Shown: positions 24,100-37,508 of the stretch, piece after piece | Numbering within the stretch: the first letter of the stretch is position 1 | Layout: the number at the start of each line of letters is the position of its first letter | Assembly (NCBI RefSeq): GCF_902459465.1 | Contig: NC_047071.1 | Location: 5,394,001 to 5,458,000, forward strand | Length of the DNA stretch: 64,000 nucleotides | From: Asterias rubens | Taxonomy: Eukaryota | Direction of reading: 5' to 3' | Position numbers and translations under genes: made by a program | Notes under the pieces: generated by a model | What the model was told of the DNA's origin: nothing | Databases searched by the model: none | Seen by the model: only the letters and a program-made list of their open reading frames with translations

Positions 24100-24650
24100 A
24101 CCAAAGACACCGATTGGTTGACAAAAATACCATTGAAATCTAGTGTTCCTAAAATACCAAACCTCAGATTGGCTAACAAAAATACCATTGAAATCTAGTG
24201 TTCCCAAAATACCAAAGATTCAGATTGGCTAACAAAAATACCATTGAAATCTAGTGTTCTCAAAATACTTGAAACTCAGATTGGTTAACAAAAATACCCC
24301 CTTAGGAAAGTGTTCCCAAAATGCTTCAAACTCAGATCAAATCACATAAATACGCCAAACTCCAGTCCAGTGTTCCCAAAATACTAAAGACTCGCATTGG
24401 CCGACAAAAATACCTTATAATTACAAAATACCAAGAACTCAGCATGGCTTACAAAAACGCCCTTATGTTCCCAAAACACCAAGAACTCAGAATAGCTGAC
24501 AAAAATACCGTGTGTTCCCCAAATACTTAAAACTCAGATTTGCTAACAAAAATACCTTGTGTTCCCAAAACACCAAGAACTCAGAATAGCTGACAAAAAT
24601 ACCTTGTGTTCCCAAAATACCCAAAACTCAGATTGGCTGACAACAGTATG
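24100..24650 (-). repeat. Minisatellite array (CTCAGATTGGCT.ACAAAAATACC...GTGTTCCCAAAATAC)
   Basis: About 11 degenerate units, inverted relative to 17790-18050. Confidence 0.75.
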
Positions 24651-24917
24651 AACAACTTAAAATGACACTCAAAAAGACCCCTCACTGACAACTTTCACAA
24701 GTAAATGGATAAATCTAGGTTTCTAACCAACTCTCTACACATTTCAAAGTTCAAAGTATTACCTTTAGCTTGTTTTTTGGGGGGTATATGCTCAGGAAAA
24801 AGGGGCTTTTTTCAGTCAAAAACAGGGTGCAAAACATTAAAATTGGCAAAGTCATTGGAGGTCAACACGATTATTGACCATTTTCCGGTGGTTTACCTCA
24901 CTGAATTGAACGGCACA

Positions 24918-25697
24918 GGGCTAAAGCCAAAAGTATCGTTTGTGTGACAGGACGGAATTTGACATATACTCTCACCTACAGAAAAAGAATACTTTTTGCA
25001 TGTTTCTTTCTCTCAATTACTGGAGGATTAATTATGATATACATGCGACAGGACGGAAATGTGACAGGACGGAATTTCGTTCACATGGTTTAAATCAACT
25101 ATAACCATTAAAAAAATGGGTCTAATTAAATGTTTTTAATCCAATTGTTATCAAGTGTATAAATAACCATAAAAACAAAACATACAATGGGAAACTGGCT
25201 CAATAATTCTGTCCAGTCGGACTTGTTTTCAGTCCTGTCGCACCTATTTCCGTCCTGTCACTCTAGTTTTTGTCCTGTTATGAACACTACAGATTGCCTT
25301 ATTAAGTTAATTGGAGGAATTAATTGAAAGCAATTATGCTTAAAGTGTCAAACACACTTGTGATTGATAGTTTGGAAGAATTCATACAAATAAATACAAA
25401 ATTAAGCATTTGAATATTAATTAATAGATTAACAAATGCGATAGGACGGAATTGATACCTTTAAATTTACATATTTGCATTAATTATTTTAAGTATTTGG
25501 TTTAGATACATGTGCTCCATGACCAGCTAGTCTATATACAAAAATAACAAAACTGAATAAATCTGTTAATTAAGTTATTGTAGTTTTAATTACCGGTAAT
25601 CATTCAATCCTGTCGCACTCTAAGTGCCTGTTTCTCGTTTAAATCACTTCATAATTAGCATTATAGAGCTCAGGATGACCACTTTTGGCTTTGGTCC
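24918..25697. mobile_element. 780-bp non-autonomous DNA transposon inserted in the left foldback arm
   Basis: 17-bp TIR GGGCTAAAGCCAAAAGT / ACTTTTGGCTTTGGTCC; TSD CACA(G); the empty site is visible in the right arm; internal GACAGGACGGAA subrepeats. Confidence 0.8.
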
Positions 25698-27039
25698 CAC
25701 AGTCAGTCCTTTTGTCCCACAGATTCAACCCGCACATCTGAATAAAGAAGATTTCCGTTCCACAAGTATAAGAATTATTATGATTGGACTAGGGGGAAAA
25801 GGGGCTTTTTTGCTTCCAATCAATCATCGTCTCTTTTCTAAGACATGACCCGATTACCATAATGCAAAGTATTTTTAGAGTCTGGCACTATTATTCTATA
25901 TAATGAAGGTTGAACTAGATCAGACCACGCAGTAATTTCGTCGAAGACGAAGCACACCGGACGGGTGTTGGTTTTGCCCCCTTCAATGTTCGTTTTTCAT
26001 TGATTCAATGGCTCAAAACTAAGTTCAGTGTAGGAATATAGATCTTACAACATAGGGTTTCTGTTATTTTCATAACATTCACTGGATATCGGCAAAATGA
26101 GTCTTTTTTGTTGTCGATAGTAGTCGGCCGTATCATTTTTCTTCGAGGAGTGACTGTTGAGTGTTGTTGTGATAGTCGCTATTGTCGCGTGTTTCCCCGT
26201 CTCGCCCACACATATACATGTGCAATACGTGGATAGGTAAGATTCAATTTAAAGAATTTGTTTGTTTCTTAAACAATAAAAGAATGTTTCTGCCTAGCAT
26301 GACATTACTTTTAGGTAGTAATTTACAAACATGACATGATGGGTCTTGTAAAAAAACATAATCGTGCAATTTTGCATTGCTATTAACTATCAAGCCAACC
26401 AAACCTAATCATTCAATCATCCCAAGCAAACATCTATTAACAAGCAACAGTTAGCAATGCATTTTTGTTTTGTAACTGTGTTAATTAATATTTGCATTTG
26501 TGATTTTCTTAACAGGCTTTTTTTATGGCTGATAAGAAAGGAGTTGACGCAAAAGACAGCAGCATGACTATCGGCAACTCCACATCGGACCAGCAGTGCC
26601 AATCGTAGTTGGGATAACAAAACCCTGTACCAGTCGGCGAAGCCAGAGGGTTAATACGAACAGCAAACAGCAATCTGGTCCAACACGTACAATTTCGACA
26701 GCTAGTCAACAGATTTGCCCCATTTTTACCACCTTCGAAAATAAAGACACAAGCTTGATCCTCAATGTCTTATGCATCAGTTCATCACACTCAAAACATC
26801 ATTGAGGAAATATTTTATAGAAAAGGGACAACAACTTACCAGCTTACCTTATATAGATGTATTTTGTACATGTGATTATTTTGTTTTCAATTATTAGTCA
26901 TTTGTAATTGTGTTCATGTGACTCAGTCGTAATTTTGATTAGAAAGTGTACCAGAATTTTGGGAGACAGCGGCTTGAACTCAGGAACCATTTTTAAAATT
27001 GGCTAAGAGACAATTAGATGAACCAGTGAATATTTTACA

Positions 27040-28356
27040 AATTAACACTACAAAGCACAATTGATGCCCTCTATCTAAACATGGAATTATTTCTTTAAAA
27101 CAATCTCAAGTTCTTAATCGTACAAAATCCTGGTGTCGGACGTGCATTGTGTTCGTACGTCCGACACCAGTACGTCCGACACCTCCAAAATAATTATGTG
27201 AAAGCCTTTTTGAATGCCTTTAAAATATCATACAAAGCTATAAATTGGTACCTGGGGTAACTCTCACCCAAATCACAAAACAAGTGTATTTCATTCCCCA
27301 TTTTCCTACTGGCTGCTAAAAACACAATCATTTTAATCCGCAGAAAATTTTAATTTCCATTTCCAAAACCCACTGGTACTTATAATTAATATAAGAAAAG
27401 CTTGGTTTTTGCAATATATTTGTTAAATTCAGGTACAGGTGGTTACCCCCAAGCAAGGATAGAGCGCTTATTCATTTAGTAAACTGTAGACAATGCTCTA
27501 AAGTTGGTTTTTGAGAGAAAATATCAAAACATTTAACACCAAAATTCTTGGTGACCTTTGACCTTGGCAACAGTTACCCACCAAGAACTTTAAACTTTAA
27601 TTTTTTTTAAACACAAGTCCAATCTACAATATATTTGGACCAAATAATATTTTGCAGACTCATATCTTTCATTGTTAGGCAACATTTTGAAACTTGGGTG
27701 TTTTGCCAGTTTTGGTTGCCACAGCAATGCATAAGGATAGCATGTACATCATGTACAAGTTGCATTACACATGCACATTGTTTCTATTGATCTCAAAACG
27801 TGGTATAGTTTGACAATTAAACCACTTTTTTCAACAAATATTTATTTAATCTGATATACAACACCAAATTGGTAGATGAAATCATTATTTTATAACAAAA
27901 GTGAAAAGTTGAACTGATTGTTACCTATTTTTGAATGCAATTTCGGACAAGTACGTCCGACACTGTGAAATGTACGTCCGACACCAATATATTAAATGCC
28001 ATTCCTTAAAATTCAAATTTAAAAACCAAATGTCTTATGGTAAAGTGTAATGACAGAGGTCTGATGAATCCATAAATAAGAAAAAATTGCATTTAAGTTC
28101 AAACACATCACAGAGTTTGAACTACAAATATTGGTTTTCATAAAAAGGCATTTCTCTGAGTACGTCCGACACCATGGTGTTTTGGGCGAATGGCGTCTAT
28201 ATCCAAAGACATGGATGAATAATTTGTTGTTAAAATAACTTTAGTGACTGCCTTATACCTCTATCCAGAATAAAAATTCCTTTTATTTATACCACTGTAA
28301 TAATACACTCTGTTAAAGTGTCCGAAATGTACGTCCGACCCCGTGGAACTGCCCTG
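27040..28356. mobile_element. Second insertion in the left arm: DNA-transposon remnant with TACGTCCGACACC subrepeats
   Basis: Absent from the right arm. Right end ...GGAACTGCCCTG. Interior at 27550-27900 is similar to 2740-2940 and 3930-4100. Left end not resolved. Confidence 0.55.
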
Positions 28357-31337
28357 CTTCATTTTAGATCATGTTTGTCAGTTGAAATCATTTCAACTGT
28401 TTTAAAATGCAAAAAAAAAAAAAAAACTTGATAAAATGTGTGTGCTATTGTTGGCCACATATGCCATTACATCATTCGTGCAAAGTATTGTTGTTACTTG
28501 TACCACTAAATTTTTTGTCAACTTTTACTATTTATCATCATTCATATCTAAACTAAACCATTATGAACAACTTGGCCTTGGTTTCGTACAACAAATCCCA
28601 TTTCCTCTGTGTGTGTGCGCACAGTGTGGAGATTTGACCTTGTGTACAAAGCACAGACATTCTTTGTAAAACAGGTCAATGGACTGGACCATTTCACACA
28701 ATGGGGGGGGGGGGACTTATGTACACGGTCTTAGTACACAATACAAGATGTTGGAGTTAAACAGTTCAACTAAATGAAGTTTTATTTTATAAGTACATGT
28801 TCTCATGTTTTCTTCAGCACATTAACAAAGGTATGAATACAATAACAACCACTTATTCAATCGTGTGATATATAAATATTACAGGAATGGTTACAGGAAT
28901 GGTTGAAAATAAACTGTTCATGCTTGGTATTGCTGACTCTTCCTCCAAGCTCCAGTTTAGTTTAGATATGAATGATGATAAATAGTAAACGTTGACAAAA
29001 AAATATAGTGGTACAAGTAACAACAATACTTTGCACGAATGAGATGTCATGTAATGGCATATGTGACAAAAAATAGCACAAGAATTGGCATTTTAAAACA
29101 GTTGAAATGATTTCAAAAAAATACTGTATGATCCAGTAACATTAACCGAAAAACATGAATGAAGCACAAAAAGTTAGCTGCTTGTAAAATAATCACTGGT
29201 TCATCTAATGTATCTTAGCCAATTTGAGAAATGGTTCCTGAGTTCAAGCCGTTGTCTCCAAAAGTCTGGTACACTTTCTAATCCAAATTACGACTGAGTC
29301 AAATGAACACAATTACAAATGACTAAATAGTATAATCAAAAACAAATAAATACATGTACAAAATACATGTTTATAAGGTAATCTGGTAAGTTGTTGTCCC
29401 TCTTCTTTAAAATATTTCCTCAATGGTGTTTTCAGTGTTATGAACTGATGCATAAGAAATTGAGGATCAAGCTCGTGTCCTTAAAAATTGTGTCAACATT
29501 TTCGAAGGTGGTAAAAATGGGGCAATTCTGTTAACTAGCTGTCAAAATTGTACGTGTTGGACCAGATTGCCGTTTGCGGTTCGTATTAACCCTCTGGCTT
29601 CGCCGATTGGTACGGGGTTTTGTTATCGCAACTACGGTTGGCACTGCTGGTCCGATGTGAAGTTGCTGATAGTCATGCTGCTGTCTTTTGCGTCGACTCC
29701 TTCTTAGGTGGTCCCTTATCAGCCATCAAAAAAGGCTGTTAAGAAAATTACAAATGCAAAAATAAATTAACACAGTTACAAAACAAAAATGCACATTGCT
29801 AACTTACGTCGACAGGAATGTGCACTGATGATCGAGCCACCATGTTACTCCGAAATGTTGAGGGTTAGCATTAATAGGTCCAAATTAAGTTTAAAGTCAA
29901 ATATACTGTTGTTTTTTAATAGTTGTTTGCTTGGGATGATTGAATGATTAGGTTTGGTTGGCTTGATAGTTAATAGCAATGCAAAATTGCATGATTATGT
30001 TTTTGTACAAGACCCATCATGTCATGTTTGTAAATTACTACTTAAAAGTAATGTCATGCCAGACAGAAACATTTTTTTTTAATTTAAAAAACAAACAAAT
30101 TCTTTAAGTTGAACCTTACCTCTCCACGTATTGCACATGTATATGTGTGGGCGAGACGGGGAAACACGCAACAATAGCGACTATCACAACAACACTCAAC
30201 AGTCACCCCTCGAAGAAAAATGATATGGCCCGACTACTATTGACGACAAAAAAGACTCATTTTGCTGATCCGGTGAATGTTATGAAAATAACAGAAACCC
30301 TATGTTGTAAGATCTATAATTATTCCTACACTGAACTTAGTTTTGAGCCATTGAATCAATGAAAAACGAACATTGAAGGGGGCAAAACTAACAACCGCCC
30401 GGCGTGCTTCGTCTTCGACGAAATGACTGCGTGGTCTGATCTAGTTCCCCGTTCAACCTACATTATACGTGTGTTTACAAGAGATTATATATGGAGCCAG
30501 ACTATAGAAATACTTTGCATTATGGTAATCGGGTCATGTCTTAGAAGAGAGACGTTGCATGATTGGAAGCAAAAAAGCCCCTTTTTCCCCTAGTCCAATC
30601 AGAATGATTCTTATATGAGTGGAACGGAAATCTTATGTACTTTATTCAGAAGTGCGAGTTGAATCTGTGGGACAAAAGGAACGACTGTGCTGTTCAATTC
30701 AGTGAGGCAACCCACCGGAAAATGGTCAATAATCATGTTGACCTCCATTGACTTTGCCGATTTTGAGGTTTTACACCCCGTTTTTGACTGAAAAAAGCCC
30801 CCTTTTTCCAGAGCATAATAAATATCAAAAAATTAACCAAGCTAAAGGTAATACTTTGAACTTTGAAATGCGTAGCGAGTTGGTGAGAAACCTAGGCGTA
30901 CTATTCATTTACTTGCGAAAGTTGTCAGTGAGTGTCATTTTCCTGCGCTGAGCGTAGTTCATCTTTTGACAAAAAGTAATATATAATCATAACAGCAATA
31001 ACTTATTTCAAACTGGTTTGTTCTTTGATATCACATGCCCATGAATAATTTCTTTAGACCTGATTTCAATGGAAATGATCATGACCTGTTAGAATGATTA
31101 TGGGCAATGCGTGAAATTTTATGGGTTCAAAATACCTCATATTTGAACTGAGAACACAGATATGTATGCATAATTATTATATATAATGAATAGAGTAGAT
31201 GGCCTTATTAATTATTATATACAAAAACGTACACATAGCATAACTGTATTTTTTTCTCATATTAAAAAATCGGTTCATTTGCTGACATGGATGGCTTTTT
31301 AATATAAAGTCAATTTATGAGATAGTTCAACAAACAA

Positions 31338-32473
31338 TTATTTATGTGTTGGGTCTGTATAAGGAATGACCAACCGATATGTATTTTTTCGCAGTAGCGC
31401 AGGGGCAATTTTCTGGAAAGAAAGTGCGCACCAGTACCGCGCCAGAGTTTTCCACTTTGCTACTTCGTTGCCGACTGTTTGTTTAACATGTATACCTTGC
31501 ATTGCAGCCACCCTGTCTTCGATGTTAATTACCCCCAGCCCTCCTCTGGAGGGTGGAAGGAACATGGTGGCTCGGTCGACAAACTCGCCTTTATGTCCCC
31601 AGATAAAGGGAAAAATCAAGCGATTGATTCGCTTAACTTCTCCCCTCTGGGGCGGGTCAACTTCAGCTAAATACCACATTTTTGATAAAATGTAAGTGTT
31701 GGCAACTGTGACTCTACCCTTCATGGTAAGATCACATTCATTCCATTCTTTTATGCCGTTCTCAAGTTGTTTTATCTTTGCCTCCCAGTTTTGCTGGTGG
31801 GGCTCTTTGTAACCGAAATTGATCCCTAGAATTTTGGCTGAATTTACCCATGCGATGTCGACCGGGCCATTCCGTTTATCCTTCCACTTGCCGAGGTAGA
31901 CACCGTGAGATTTCTGCTGATTTAGCTTAGCACCGGACGCGCGCCCGTATCTCTCGATCATCTCAAAACTTTTCACAATAGATCTGTCGTCCGACAGGAT
32001 CAGGGTGGTATCATCAGCATACATAGAAATTTTGGCTTCGGTCCCCCCGGGTAATTTGATCCCATGGATTTTTGGATCCGCCCTTAACGCACACCCGAGG
32101 GGTTCCAGTGCTAAGATGTATAGCAGTGGTGACAGGGGGCACCCCTGCCTTACCCCCCGGGAGAGTGGAAAGGGCTCGGATATGTTCCCGTTACAAATCA
32201 CGGAACTTTTAATGTCACTATATAGAATTTTCACCCACTGACGAAAATTAGGGCCGATACCAAACTTCTCCAATACCTGCTGCAGATACCCCCAATCGAC
32301 CCTATCAAACGCTTTTTGCTGATCGAGGGACACGAACGCAGCGCCCATATTCTTCTGGTCAACGTAATCCTGAATATTCCTTAGCAAGTGGGCATTGTCC
32401 AGTATGGTTCTACCCGCCACCGAACAGGTTTGGTCGATATTTATGATTTTGTGTAAAACCTTACGCAGTCTGG
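31338..32473 (-). pseudogene. Tx1 ORF2 3' part: RT core, C-terminally truncated
   Basis: RKVLHKII...LDQQKAFDRVDW, GVRQGCPLSPLLY, YADDTT, KILGINFG. Joins the 5' part in frame once the insertion and one TSD are removed. Confidence 0.9.
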
Positions 32474-35400
32474 TATGGGCGGCCAAAAGGGCCAAAACTA
32501 ACAAATTTATAAACTAAAGGACAAAACAGTAATCGAAGAAAGAAGTTGTTCAACAAACACAACGTCGAAACGTAGGTAACAAAACTCAACAACAATCAAA
32601 GCAAACTGTTTTTAAACAATGAACAATTCCCAAATCAAGCTTTATAGCCCAACAACAATCAAACACTTGTTTTTAACAAGAGGAACTCTGAATCAAACTA
32701 ATAAAACAAAACGCAATCAAATATAAAATAAAAACAAAACAAAGGCAGCCAAACGCTAAAAGAATGAATCCTTAAAAAGAACAAACACAACCAGTACAAA
32801 GTCAAATAGGGACGAATACTAACACAGTAACAATAAAGACAAATCATCAATCGGCTATCGTTGAAAACGAAAATCAAACTAACTATTACAAAATGTTTAG
32901 GGCGGTTGTCAAAGCTACGGACAAAATGCAAACCGTATCAGTCTCCCGAGCATGTAATCAACATTTTACGACAAACTAAGGACTGAATGAAAATCATCGT
33001 TGGTGGCGTATGTACAGTTGTGATTGAGACCCGGCCGAACGTGGGCAATTTACATAAAATGGGCGTGTTTTTGGCCGAAAAATACTCTCGCGCATGCACG
33101 AACTTAGTAAGTGATGACCGCAAGGGACCTTGGGCCACTGGTGGTATGTGGAATGAAAATAGTTGTTGCATGGATGAGAAATAAATGGGGAACACACAAC
33201 CTGCTTTTCTTCTACTATCGCTTCACACAATGGTGTACAAGGCTGGTTGTGATGAACCAGTCTACCTCCTATTTCTTCCTCCATCGCTAACCATGGAGAT
33301 ATAGCATCCATGGTCTACAAAAAAGCAATTATTTTTTAAACTGGACACATTTGGTAATTATTGTCGAAGACCAGTATTTTCACTTGATGTATCCCAACAT
33401 GCATAAAATAACAAACCTGTGAACAAAAAACACATTAATTTTGTTGCATAATTTTGTGTGCTTCCAGATGTATAACTGCTGTTTGTAATTTCATCAAAAA
33501 ACATTTAGGACCACAGCCGTTCATTATGACCGTCAGTCTATTGTGTAACCCTTATAATTAGGAGGAATGACTAAACATCCAGTGAAAAAAGAGGCCGGAG
33601 TTATACAGCCTTGCCTGTTATCTCCTTTTCCAAACAGTGGACTCTAATCTATAATTGAATCTTCGTGCACAGTATATGAAAACATTTTGTGGGTTTTACC
33701 ATGGTTTAACATTGTTAAAACCTACTAGTTCCATGTGATAATTATTATTTAAAAACCGCCAGCCAGTTTGTTGCTGACTGCAGGATTACTGCTCATCCAG
33801 TTTGTTGATTCAACCCTAGCTCTACGATTCAACCTAGGAGGTAGAAATAGTTCAACAAGGATGTCAATATAAAAACACCCTCGAGCTGAAAAAGAAGGGG
33901 GATACATTCCGAGTTTTTTCAGACAAAACACGGGAAAACTTAATGGAGCTTACCCGTATGCATTGGAAATCTTGTTATAGCGTGGCAAGATCCAAGTGAC
34001 GTTAATTTTTTGCGATGTTTTTTTAATTGTTCTTAAAAATTGTCTTTCCATAAATGTTTGCTTTTTCTAAAACTGTTATTGTAATTTTCACTATACTTCT
34101 GTTAATTCATATATTATGTACAACTTCGGTTGGACTTCTTGAACTGTGATTGATGATCTCACAATTCCATTTTGTCACTTTTATCGTGATACATTTTACT
34201 TGCACAAATTTGCGTAGTTTATTGATTTTATGACTATTGCTCTTTTTGATGATTAACGGTAAGTTGTATAATTTCACTTTAACAACTTAAAAATAGGGCA
34301 ATTTCATTCCCCCAGATAAATGTAATGTGAGGAAGAATTCCCAGCAGTATTTGTAAACATCCATATAACAAGTGGCACAAATCATGACAAGTCTCACCCC
34401 CAATTTTACACAAAAAACAAAAGCACTTTCCCAAGCCACTGGGTAAGGATGATTTCCCACTATTTTATCTCTAGAGTAGAATTCTCAAATCGTTCCATTG
34501 TCCTTTCTCTATGGTTGTTCACACTTCAACAGGTGGCCCATATCCTCTGTAAGCCCATGTCCAGTATTAGCCCCCCCTAACATTCCTGACCTCCCACCCT
34601 TACCCCCCCCCCCCCCGTTGAACATTACATCATCTCACTTCTAGAATCTAGGTGTCACCAATCTTATACCATTTCTAAATTTAGAGTTCCCCCACCACCA
34701 AAACCCTATTATAAGCTCTGCCCAACATTCACTCTGGTGGAGAATTAGCATTCAAGAACATTATTTCCTGCGTTACATCGTCACATTAATATTTATTATC
34801 TGCGATGGCATCAAAACACATTTAGTGGTCGTCACACTTGGTCTCGTCATGGTCTCGTGTTATCAGAACTAAACCATTTCCCATGATTTTACCACATCAC
34901 AGCCTTGCAATAGACCATGCTACCTTTGTTTACATGGTGACCTTGTACATTCTAAAGCGTTTCCTGGAGGGGGCATACTACACACAGGCTATGGGAAAAA
35001 TTAAATTTTGTAATTTTCACATAAATTCAAAATTTACAAAAGCAACCTGTACAGTTTTTAAGATGTGCCCCCTTTCTTCATATCAAAAGTTGAGAAAAAT
35101 CAGACAATGCAATCTCCATAAAACATAAGATTTGTTATTTTCTTCAGTTGATCTGTGTACAATCATACTCTATGGTACAATGCGCCTGCAGGAAGTCCAG
35201 ACTCTGTGGCTGTTTTGTAAACATGTGACGACACAGTTCACATCGTCTATACCCGGGGCCCTACAACAATAGTCACAACTGTACATGTACATACGCCACC
35301 AACGATGATTTTCAGCCAGTCCTTAGTTTGTCGTAAATGTTGATTACATGCTCAGGAGACTGATACGGTTTGCATTTTGTCCTTAGCTTTGACAACCGCC

Positions 35401-35828
35401 CTCAACATTTTGTAATAGTTAGTTTGATTTTCGTTTTCAACGATAGCCGATTGATGATTTCTCTTTATTTTTACTGTGTTAGTATTCGTCCCGATTTGAC
35501 GTTTTAGTGTCTGTGTTTGTTTTTTGTAAGGATTCATTCTTTAAGCGTTTGGCTGTTTTTGTTTTGTTTTTATTTTATTTTTGATTGCGTTTTGTTTTAT
35601 TAGTTTGATTCAGAGTACTTCTTGTTAAAAAACAAGTGTTTGATTGTTGTTGCGCTTTAAAGCTTGATTGGGGAATTGTTCATTGTTTGAAAACAATTTT
35701 CTTTGATTGTTGTTGAGTTTTGTTACCTAAGTTTCTACTTGGTGTTTGTTGAACAGTTTCTTTCTTTGATTATTGTTTTGTCCTTTAGTTTATAAATGTA
35801 TTAGTTTTGGCCCTATTGGCCGCCCATA
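32474..35828. mobile_element. 3355-bp DNA transposon with ~550-bp TIRs; termini and TSD fit IS3EU-like
   Basis: Ends TATGGGCGGCC...GGCCGCCCATA; GTCTGG duplicated at 32468-32473 and 35829-35834 (alternatively 8-bp AGTCTGGT); TIRs ~32474-33023 and ~35273-35828; no long internal ORF. Confidence 0.8.
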
Positions 35829-37494
35829 GTCTGGTGGCGAGTATTTTGCTAATTATCTTGTAATCTACATTTAACAATGAGATCGGGCGCCAATTTGTCA
35901 GTTCCTCTCGGCTACCTTTGCCCTTGAAAATTAGGGTTATCAACCCGCCTTTTTGCGAGGCGCTCAACCCCTCCTGTTTGAAAACGGAGCTAAGTACCTC
36001 GCAAATATCTGGCCCAATCTCATTGAAAAACGTTCGGTAAAATTCGGCGGACAAGCCATCCGAACCGGGTGTTTTGCCCGCCTCCATACTAGACAACGCC
36101 TCACTAACTTCGGACAAAGTCACCGGGCCCTCGAGTAAATTTTGTTCCTCGTGGCTCAGCGACTTATCAATGGAGCCCAGAAAGAACTCAATCTCTTGTT
36201 GTTCAACCGGGACGGCCGTGTAAAGATCCCCATAGAAATGACGACAAGTGTCAGTCATTTGAACGGGGTCGTTGATCACACAGCCGTCTCGGCCTTTCAA
36301 ACTCTGCATTCTTTTAGAATCCGGGTCTTTTGAATTGAGCACTTGCACATTGTCCTCGCCCGTAATCTTAGGTGAAAGACCCGGGCGAGGACAGCTACCG
36401 TGTTGTTTTTTGGCCATGTCGTGCATACTAATTTCGGCCAGTTTTAGTTGGGGAAGAAGGTTTTCTTCCCCATTGTCGACCCGGATTTGCAGATGATTGA
36501 GTTCCATCAGGGCCCCCTTATACTCAGAATTACGTTTCCTAGCCGCCTCAGCAGAGAATGAGATAACCGCTCTCTTGATTTGGGTTTTACCCTCGTCCCA
36601 CCACTCTAAAGGATTCTCGTAATCTTGTTTGTGATTTCCCCATTCTTCCCAAACCCCCTTAACCATACCCTTGAAATTTTCTTCCTCCAGAAAGCTGTTA
36701 TTTAGTTTCCAAAAACCCCTCCCTGCATTTTGTATTTGCGTTTGAATTTTGGTTTTGACCAAATCGTGGTCAGACAAGGGGAAAGCGGTTATCTCATTAC
36801 ATGAACCAGCAGACAATTCCCGGGAAAGATAAATTCTATCAATACGGGTCGCTTTGGTGCCGTCACCACTGTGCCAAGTGAAACGTTTTTTTTGTGGATT
36901 TTGTCCACGCCAACCATCTACCAGACCGTGTTGTTTAATGGTGCGGAGGAGTTCAAAACTCCCCCGCGTTCCCTGATGGTTGGCGCTAGTGTTTTTCGAG
37001 TCCAAGCCCGGGTCGGTGATACAATTGAAATCGCCCCCAAGAATCACATGCCTCATGCCTTTTGTGTGCCTCGGGAGGCTTTCTTTGAAAAATTTCTGTC
37101 TTTCAGCCGGGTCATTGGGGGCATAACAATTGATCACTCTAACCCGGGTCTTGGAATTCGGCACAGTAATTGTGACAGAGACCAAACGACCCGCATTGTC
37201 CCGCAAATAGTCCGCTGGTCTCCACGAATGTCTTTTGGAAAACAAGATGGCTACCCCACAACTAGAATTTGTCCCGAAAGACCAAAACCCTTTGCCGCCA
37301 AACTCTCTCTCCCATCCCCTGGTCTCGTAGAGGCCAGAAGCGTGAGTCTCCTGCAACAGTAAAACATCAGCGTTTTCACTGTTGCAGGAGGCGAGGGTCT
37401 GACGGCGTTTAATACAATCTCTAAGGCCGTTTACATTTATACTACATACATGAAAAGAGCACATCAGAAAAATTAAAATGCGTAACAAATCCAT
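35829..37494 (-). pseudogene. Tx1 ORF2 5' part: APE endonuclease plus start of RT
   Basis: SINVNGL, LLQETH, NCYAPN, GGDFNC, RIDRIY, SDHDLV; KTPGSDGLSAEFY; WRPISLLNVDYKIISKILATRL, then broken by an insertion. Confidence 0.9.
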
Positions 37495-37508
37495 TGTAAA
37501 GTTTAAAT

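Larger units (their letters stand above)
24660..30940. repeat. Large diverged inverted repeat (foldback): arms ~24660-28557 (with two insertions) and ~28955-30940
   Basis: Four blocks align as reverse complements: 24660-24917 vs ~30690-30940; 25698-26240 vs 30120-30690; 26240-27040 vs ~29170-30110; 28350-28557 vs 28955-29170. Confidence 0.85.
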
